Source: Chiloscyllium plagiosum (Eukaryota). From it: DNA of 60,295 nucleotides. The notes under the pieces are model-generated. The model searched no databases and was not told the DNA's origin. It saw only the letters and a list, made by a program, of their open reading frames with translations. This document shows, in pieces, positions 51,521 through 60,295 of the stretch. The first letter of the stretch is position 1. Each line of letters opens with the position of its first letter. Location: positions 2,044,044 through 2,104,338 of the forward strand of contig NC_057759.1 of the NCBI RefSeq assembly GCF_004010195.1. Reading direction: 5' to 3'. Position numbers and translations under genes: made by a program.

Positions 51521-53574
51521 ATTAGATAGCAGGCTAAGTGTCAGATTGAAACAATATTGCAATTTAATTCATTGTGAAAACAGAAGTGAAAACAGAACAC
51601 ATCTCTTACAAAATGACTGAATAAATACTTTGTTTTCAAGTGGTCCAAAGGGAAATTAAATATTGACATGAAAAGGTACACATTCAGACAGATCCCCAGA
51701 GATTATTGGACACAGAATGAAAAACCTGTCAGACAGTGGTCTTGTTATAAACATGTGAACAATAAATTCAAAATGCACATTCAGAATATAATTTACAATC
51801 ATAAACCCTACCTACCGTAGAATGACAGTTGTGGAAATTGTTCGAACTGCTGTATACTGTCAGAGACTGACAATGGTATAAAATCTCTAATTTTCTTTTA
51901 CAGTACATAGAATTTCTCCAGTGCAGATAGAGGTCATTTGGCCCTCCCCTGCAACAACTCTCCAAAGCGGATCTCGCCCAGATGTAGACCCCCACCCGAG
52001 ATATTGATAATAATGTTCAAATTTTAACAATGCTGAAACTGACATGGACAGATCGATAATTAAACAATCACATTCACAGAGCAAAAACTGTCATATTCAC
52101 ATAGCAGAAACCAACAGGTATGGGGTGATAACTTCACTCGAGTATGCATGGATGAGAATCTTATTGGGAGAGAGTTATACCTCTACCCGTATATTCAGTG
52201 AGTGGAAACCCAGGCAGATAACTTCACTCAAGAATGCACATTGCAGAAACTGACAGGGAGAGAGTGACAACTGTACTCACATATTCACATGGCAGAATCT
52301 GTGAGTTGCAGATTGATATACAGGCTCTCATTGTAAGTATAAAATGGTTGGGCATATTCTCACTGGAGATCCCACCCCTGCTATTGGGGCAGCACAGTGG
52401 CTCAGTGGTTAGCACTGCCTCACAGCACCAGGGTCCCTGGTTCGATTCCAGCCTTGGGTGACTGTGTGCAGAAGTTGATATTCATAGGGTATGGGAGTGG
52501 AGCGTAGTGAGTCCTACCTGAGTCTGTCCAAAATGGTATCTGGTACATTCAAACTTGTAGGTACTACATGAAACACATTCTTATGTCAATGGATGACACC
52601 TACAGAGTAAAACAAGTTACACTTCAAAAGGTTTGAGTTACAGTCCAGTAACATACCGACATGTAAAGACTGTGAAATAGGGTTTACAAAAATGCTTTAC
52701 ATCCCAGAAACAGACAGCGCAGATTGGTGTACAGAATGTGGTGCTGGAAAAGCACAGCAGGTTAGGCAGCATCCAACGAACAGGAGAATCAATGTATCGA
52801 GCATAAGCCCTTCATCTCAACGTTTCAGGCATAAGCCCTCTGATCCTCAGCATCTGCAGAACTCACATCTCCTTGGGGCACAGATTGCAGGAATATTACT
52901 AAGTGGCTGGCAAATAGCGTAACGTTTTACTGCTTACATCAGTGCTTGATGGATACAGAATAAAACCTCTCTTGAAGTAACACTAGTTGACTATTACACA
53001 GAGGAGCAGAGTCTGAATGGACAGATGCTGAGTTAATGAAAAATGTGTAAATAAGGACATGACAGATACAGAGTTAAAGTGACACATCTATTGCATGCTA
53101 ACAGTTGCTGGTTAACAGGTATTCACATAACACTGAGAAATGCTATAAATCCCTACATGAAGCTGCATGATGCCTAAGCAGTTATCGATAGGTCTCTGGG
53201 CCCATAGCTATCAATCAAGTTCTCAGAAATGTATTAATCCCACACTCGAGATGTGACTCAACTCTTGACTCAAGAAAAGTATGACACAGAAACTTTTTCT
53301 TTCCATTTCTCTTTAACTCTGTGCAATTGAGAATGAGTTACCTCAACCCCAAGCGTAGAAAACACTCACGGTCACGTTCCAGCAGTTTGTGTAACTTGAT
53401 GACAAATGTAATCACAATTTCAAGTAGATGATTTTTTTTCACACAGTGATAAGTTCTGTGTTAATTCAGCATTCAGAGGAAACTAAGTGACAGAGCAGGG
53501 CAATGTCTTTGATCATCCAGCTCACTCCAGCCCCAACTGTATCTGGGATGGAACCTTTTCTCCCCAACACTAAC

Positions 53575-53806
53575 TATTCCTGAGTAGAGGAGCACATGCA
53601 TGAGGCCCTCCCCCAGCGCTGCCATTGAGGAGCATTTACTCAGTGAGTGCAAGAGGTTTGTTTGAAACAGACTGCAATGGAGAGATCAGCGTCCAGGGAA
53701 GCGAGGGAAAAGTAGGCTCCTTCCAGAAGCACATTGGGATGGGAGCCTGGGACACGGGGGGGGGGGGGGGGGGGGGGGGAAGTTCCGAGAGCGGGATTGA
53801 TTTGGG
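53575..53806 (+). promoter_or_regulatory. Second copy of the putative promoter/exon 1, with a G24 run
   Basis: Direct repeat of 35375-35586; NRF1-like site decayed to GCACATGCAT; donor GGG|GTGAGT at 53807; poly-G 53756-53779. Confidence 0.5.
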
Positions 53807-54456
53807 GTGAGTTCAGGGAGAACCGGAGGCTGTTTGTAAGAGGCCGAGCGGAGCAAGAACAGGTCCCGGAACTTGGGGTGAGCGGGCTGGGGGGGGGTGG
53901 TGGGGGAAGAGAGAGGCCTTTCTCGGGCTGTGTGTGGGCCTGCTGAGGGAGACAGAGCGGGAAGAAGCTGCTGTGGGACATTCTTGTGGTTTACAATCCT
54001 CTGAAATCTGTTGAGATTTCATTGTTTCCCACTGTTTGTTGAGATTGTGCAGTCAATAACAGAATTGCAGACCGACTTTAGGAATGGGATACTCCTGTAA
54101 AAGGTGTGGGTCTTGGAAAAAATAAGGTATAGCACCGTTTTTTCTCTCTCCAACAGGTAGTGTATTGGGAGTTGCATATTGAACTGTGTGAGCATTCCGG
54201 TGGTGAGTAGTCCCACTCATGGAGCTGTGCCATTGTTGCTCAGTTTCTCCATCTCACTCAATTGGTATCGAATCATATGAAAAACAAACACAATCTCCAG
54301 ACAAAGAGCAGCTCAGTGCAGCAATGGAATCCGATCCGTGGTTCTGTTTAAGTTGCTGGCTTAGCCTAACGAATATGCAATGAATGTGACATTGATCAAT
54401 ATTACCAGACTCTCCTCATGTTGGTTAACAGGTGGTGTCTCTCTATCTTCCTCCAG

Positions 54457-54538
54457 ACAAATACCTGAGGGACTAAGACACTGTAATACTTCCTCAGTTC
54501 AAAGGGAAGTGTGACCAGCTGCCTCGAGCAAACAGCAG
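54457..54538 (+). other. 82-nt candidate exon (copy 6)
   Basis: ctctctatcttcctccAG ... CAG|GTATGT. Confidence 0.55.
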
Positions 54539-55079
54539 GTATGTAGCCCATTGACATTTACACACCAGTTTTGAAGATGGATAAACTGAATCCGTATCCC
54601 AAATGGACACTCAGGAAAAGGATTAAAATCTGCATTTAATAAGAATATTTTCTACAATGTAGATAAACAAATAGATCATACTGTTACATAGTTTCAACAA
54701 CCATCCATGAGGTAGCTGCTAAGTACAGAGATGGAGGGAAACTGTGCTCATCAACAGTTTCTCTCTCTCCATTCTCAGTGCACATCACCCCATTTCCAAT
54801 AAGTTATTATTCACAGCCATCGAGTCATAGACATGTACAGCACAGAAAGAGACCCTTTGGTCCAGCCTCTACCACTTATCCATGCTGCTCATAATTTTAT
54901 GAACCTCCTATAAAGGTCCCTCTCCAGGGAAAACAGCTCCAGCCGATTCAGCCTCCACCACTAACTCAAATCCTCCAACCCAGATGAAGCACATTTACAG
55001 TTTATCTGTGACTGAGAAGGACAGCATTAATCTTTTACTGAATAGTCATCACAGACAGAGACGACAATTAAATAATGTA

Positions 55080-57571
55080 ATTTCCAAACAGTCTCTGCAA
55101 AAGTCTGAGTTTTTCTCACACCTAAATGACGACCTAGTGGTAGCTCATGTGCTACTCACAACACCTCCTTTCCATAACCCACTGGCAATACAACTTCATA
55201 CAGTTCTGCCCATTTCTCATCAGCCTGAATGTGTGATGGTCTCCATTTCCTCATTAAGACATCATTATTAAGATAATAATATGCAGGGATATATTCAGAT
55301 TCTTTTTGTGTTGGCTTTTTGGTACAATTCCTTTAAATTTTCATCTTTCTGCTGTAACTTGGTTAATTTATCTCAGCTAAAGATGTCTGCTTTGTCATCT
55401 ATCTCTTCCCGGTTTGTCTCAACCATCTGATCAACCAGAGTCTCTGCTAATTTCCCTTCAACTTTCTTATCTGTACTCTTTGATCTCTCCTGTTTCAACT
55501 GGTGACTTTGTCACCACACAGTCAGGAAAATTCCCAGGTTATATGTCCAGCAATAATTCAGTTGCCTGAGTTTTCACTGGCTTTTCAACAGCAGCACTCC
55601 TACCGGTGAATCAACAATATCATTAGCAGGACAAATTGTATTCCCGGAGCTGAGAGTTTGTCCACTACCCCTACCACAACATCTCCACTCGTCACTGCAC
55701 TGGACACTCTAACCTCACTTCTCACAATTCAGTGTTTCTTGCCTCAACATGAATTCCCGTTACTAGTACATTTTTGAGCAATAGTCCTTCAGAGGTACAT
55801 ATCACCTCACCTTTCAGCATCACAGATTGAGAGGATCTTTGTATCTCTTAATATTGTAACCACTTTACCTGATCCACCTGGCCTTTGCGAGTAAACGTTA
55901 CCTTCAGAGGTGGATGGTTTAAGAAGATCTGGCACCTCCGACCAGCTTGTACATTCTGGTGCAGCTTTCGAATCTCCATTGTGCTTTCTGTTACCACTCC
56001 AACAAAATTCATTGGCTTATCCTGTTTCCTACATCTGGCTTCCCAGTGTTTTTCCTAACCCACCAACACTCTGATTTCATGTGGCCTACTTTATTGCAGG
56101 GAAAACACCAGAGCTTTTTAACTTCCCTTTCCCCTTCAAGGATTTCCTTTTTAACTTGTGATAAGTCATCCTTACGACCTTCACTGAGATCTATCATTTC
56201 CTTTCCACGTGAGGATTTCTCTTATCCTCAATTTCTATCGCTCATGGATTGAAAATGGTTTTAGAAGCCAAACTTTGATCAACTCATAAGCATCAGCCGT
56301 TTCAGCTGCCAGTCTTGCCATTTTAACTCTCTGCTCTTCCTGAATTCGTGAAAACCCATGTGGAAGTGAATTTTTGAACTCCTGTCTAAGTGCCAATTTC
56401 CAAAGTTCAAACTCCCTCTCTTTCTTTCTTTCCTTTCTCTCCTTTTCTCTCTCTCCTCGTCCTCTCTTCTGCATTTCATCATAATTCAAATGATTTCATT
56501 TCTGTTGCCCTTTCCTTGTCTTTTGCCTCTAACTCAAGTTGCTGCATTTTTCATTGAATGTTAGCCATCTCTGAAGATTCTGATGGTGTTTCCAACAAAT
56601 GTAAATGCTGAGATACTGCTGTAATTATCTCTCCTTTCCTCATGGAAGGACACAGACTCAATCCCAGTTTGTCTGCTATTTCCAGCAGCTTAACCTTAAT
56701 CATCTTTTGTAAAAGCCCCAAAATCGCTTCTTCCACCTGCAGAAAACTCTTGTTGACTGAAAGAGCTATTGCTCTCCGAAGCACAGTTTAAACCAACTGA
56801 ATTCAAAACCTGGAACAAAAGACACTAACACCTACCACTCGCTGCCTTCAAGTCCAACAACCCTAATCCCAAATCAGAACTACAGAATAAATCCTGCAAA
56901 GAGCCCCCTAACTGGTATGGACCAGGCCAGATCCCCTCAAAACATTTCAAGTAGCCCGGATCCTAACTTTGCTAATTGTTTTAAGCAGGTGTAACTCGGA
57001 TATTCCAGAAGTGATGTAGCTGGTCAAACCACATAGTTTTAAACAAAACAGAACTGATTTACAAGATTATCAAATGAAACACAAACAAATGCTCCTATGC
57101 CTTAAATGAAAACAGAATACTAAATAACTTAACCTATCTCAAAACCCAACAGATTATACCAACTTAATGATGCTGTTCCCAATACTTGCAATAATCCCCA
57201 CAAAAACACCCTTTGGCACAAAAAGATAAAATCAAACACAGGGTCCTACAGGAGGGATGTCAGAGAGAGAGAGAGAGAGAGAGAGAACCAGCATGGACCA
57301 GCTTCTTTGGGTTCAGCAGCTTTTTCAACTGCCTGATTGCTTTCAGTCAATAGCCAGACAGCCAAAAACCAAATCAAACCAGAGAAAAGCTGAGCTGGGA
57401 AAACTGGGCCACTCCCCTTTCATTGTACAAGTGTTCTTTTTAAAAATGTGGAAGCCTTTTGCCTGAGGCATTATCTATTAGCTATAATTAAAATGGCCCT
57501 AAAACCCATCAAGTCAGACTTTTCGGAGCCTGTGTCTTTTACAAGCTTGTTAAAGGAGCAGCATCATCACA
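55080..57571 (-). mobile_element. Gmr1-type Gypsy LTR retrotransposon, 5' part (LTR 56913-57571, PBS, gag, protease, integrase start), degraded
   Basis: TG...CA LTR; PBS-like AGGGGGCTCTTTGCAGGAT (tRNA-Pro); KVKLLEIADKLGL; zinc knuckle CFPCNKVGHMKSEC; VTILRDT protease motif (~55840-55860); AHELPLGRHLGVRKT integrase motif (~55110-55155). Confidence 0.8.
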
Positions 57572-58290
57572 GCAAACTGGTTCAAAAAGTAAAAGCCATG
57601 GGATACAGGGTAATGTGTTGAATTGGATGCAAAGTTGGCTTAGTAACAGGAAGCAAATGGTAATGGTTGATTTCTGCTCTTGTGAATGGAAAGTTGTTTC
57701 AAGTGGTGCTCTGCATGGCTCAGTGTTGGGACCTCTGCTGTTTGTTTTATACATTAAGGATTTGGACTTGAATATTGTGGGCAGATTTGTGAAATTTGCA
57801 GATGACAAAAGTTGGCCATTTAGTGGATAGTGTAGAGGATAGCTGTCAGCTCCAAAAGTATTATAGATGGTTTGGTGGAGTGGGCAGGAAATAGGCAGAT
57901 GGAGTTCAGCTCTGAGAAGTGTGAGGGAATGCATTTTGGGAAGTCAAACAGTAAATGGGAATAGACAATAAATGGGAATCATTTATTGATCATTGATAAT
58001 TGATTCAAACGAAGTGGTGTAGGATTACATGATATGTGAGGAAAATGTTTTTTATGCACAGAGTGGTGGGTATCTGGAATTTGCTGCCTGATTTGGTGGT
58101 GCAGGCAGAGACCCTAAACTCTTTTAAACAAAAATCCCTGGAACTGCACCTCAAGTTCCGTTAACCGCAAGGCTACGAGCTATGGCAAGAAGATGGGATG
58201 AGAAAGGGCCTTTGGGGGTCTTTGGATTGGCATGGACAAGATGGGCTGAATAGCCCCCTCTGTGCTGTATTATTTTTATGATTCAATAGT
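57572..58290 (+). mobile_element. CR1 RT fragment and 3' end
   Basis: GSVLGPLLFVLYIKDLD...FADD. Confidence 0.85.
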
Positions 58291-58770
58291 TATCAATTGG
58301 ACCCTGCCAGTCTTTGCAGTGTGAATATGTAAATATATTGACCATATAATGAATGTTACATTTTGATAACTACACTCTCACATTCACCAAGCAGAAACTG
58401 ACAGGGAAAGATCAATAACTAAACTCACATATCCAAATACACACTTGTATCTGGTAAGCCCCATTTATGGAGCTGTATGGGTGTTGTTTCATTTCTGGAT
58501 CTCATTTCTTTGGGCTTAGAATTTTAAGAAAAAATGGGCAAGGAACAGCTCAGGTCCTCGGATGCTGCCTGAATTGCTGTGCTCTTCCAGCACCACTAAT
58601 CCAGAACAAGGAACAGCTCAGGGCAGGAGTGGAATCAGACCCGTGGTTCTGTTTAAATTGCTGGCTTGAATTTAAAAAAACCTTAATGATGAGGAACTGA
58701 ATGTTACATTGATGTTACCAATCATAGCTGATGTTGAATTACAGGAGGTACCTCCTCTGTCTTCCTCCAG

Positions 58771-58852
58771 GCAAGTACTCAAAGGACCAAGGCAATGTAA
58801 TATTCCCTCGGTACAGAGCCAAGTGTGACCAGCTGCTTTGAACAAACAGCAA
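58771..58852 (+). other. 82-nt candidate exon (copy 7)
   Basis: ctcctctgtcttcctccAG ... CAA|GTATGT; mirror of 9618-9699. Confidence 0.55.
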
Positions 58853-59079
58853 GTATGTTACAATGATCAGAGTGAAGAACATCCTTTCCACAGTCACAGA
58901 GTGGATTGAGTCAGGTGCACATTGAGCTCCATTCCCAGACAGATATGTTCAAAGCAAGAGTCAAACACCACCAAGGAAATGGAAGTTTATATTTTTAAAT
59001 CTATATTCTAAATGCATCCTACCCAGTTTCAATCAACTTGAATGAATTCTCATCCAAAATATACACTGCATTAAAATCT

Positions 59080-60295
59080 GTACATCGAACAGTACAGGAC
59101 AGAAATGGGTCCTCCAGCCCACCATGTTGTGCCGAACATGCCGCCAAAATGCAATTGATCCCTTTTCCCTGGCCTTGGTCCATAACCCTCCATTTCTTAC
59201 ATATTCATTTGCTTACCTAAAAGTCCTTTCAATACCCTTGTTGTATCTTCCTCCAACTCCAACCCTGGCAGTGTGTTTCACTGCTACCACTCTCTTTGTT
59301 TAAAAATAAAACTGCCCCTTGTGTCTCAGAGTCACAGAGATGTACAGCATGGAAACAGACCCTTTGCTCCAACCCGTTCATGCCGACCAGATATCCCAAC
59401 CCAATCTAGTCCCACCTGCCAGCACCCGGCCCATATCCCTCCAAACCCTTCCTATTCCTATACCCATCCAAATGCCTCTTAAATGTTGCAATTGTACCAG
59501 CCTCCACCACTTCCTCTGGCAGCTCATTCCATACCCGTACCACCCTCTGTGTGAAAAAGTTGTCCCTGAGGTCTCTTTTAAATCTTTCCCTCGTAAGTAT
59601 ACTCCTACTTCCTTTAAACTCTTCTAAGGATTCACTCGACCTATCCTGTCTATACCTGACATATGCTTCCTTCTTTTTCTTAACCAAACCCTGAATTTCT
59701 TTAGTCATCCAGCATTCCCTATACCTACTAGCCTTTCCTTTCACCCTGACAGGAATATACTTTCTCTGGATTCTTGTTATCTCATTTCTGAAGGCTTCCC
59801 AATTTCCAGCTGTCCCTTTACCTGCGTACATCTGCCTCCAATCAGCTTTCGAAAGTTCTTGCCTAATACGGTCAAAATTGGCCTTTCTCCAATTGAGAAC
59901 TTCAACTTTTAGATCTGGTCTATCCTTTTCCATCACTATTTTAAATCTAATAGAATTATGGTCACTGGTCCAAAGTGTTCCCCCACTGACACCTCAAGTC
60001 ACCTGCCCTGCCTTATTTCCCAAGAGTAGGTCAAGTTTTGCACCTTCTCTAGTAGGTAATCCACATACTGAATCAGAAAATTGTCTTGTATGCACTCCAC
60101 AAATTGCTCTACATCTAAACCCTGAATACTGTCAGTCCCAGTCTATGTTTGAAAAGTTAAAATCCCCTACCATAACCACCCTATTATTCTTACAGATAGA
60201 GTCATAGAGATGTACAGCATGGAAACAGACCCTTCAGTCCAACCCGTCCATTCCGACCAGATATCCCAACCCAATCTAGTCCCACCTGCCAGCAC
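59080..60295 (-). mobile_element. Stacked CR1 pieces: old 3' end, internally deleted young CR1 (59328-60198), another 3' end (60199-end)
   Basis: ORF 59406-59936 joins the linker (LNWRKANFD...WMTKEIQGLVKKKK) directly to the ORF2 end (FFTQRVVRVWNELP); the same 3' tail repeats at 60199. Confidence 0.88.

Overview
Repeat-dense, intron-containing vertebrate DNA with three N-gaps. It is most likely a shark or other elasmobranch, inferred from HE1-type tRNA-SINEs, abundant CR1 LINEs and Penelope-like elements (PLEs). No intact protein-coding gene is visible. The window holds wreckage of a replication-dependent histone cluster: an H4 3' half, a 5'-truncated H2A, an internally deleted H2A, and an orphan histone stem-loop beside a gap. 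It also holds many CR1 fragments, PLEs with short palindromic derivatives carrying minimal hammerhead-ribozyme motifs, a Gmr1-type Gypsy LTR element, a Tigger-like MITE and an old ~47-bp satellite. The architecture is dominated by a large, diverged inverted duplication (~9.2-26.2 kb mirrored at ~59.3-40.2 kb). Within it is an unidentified multi-copy spliced gene family (NRF1-like promoter/exon 1, an ~82-nt exon in 7 copies, a large decayed third exon). All alignments were made by eye, so repeat boundaries are approximate.
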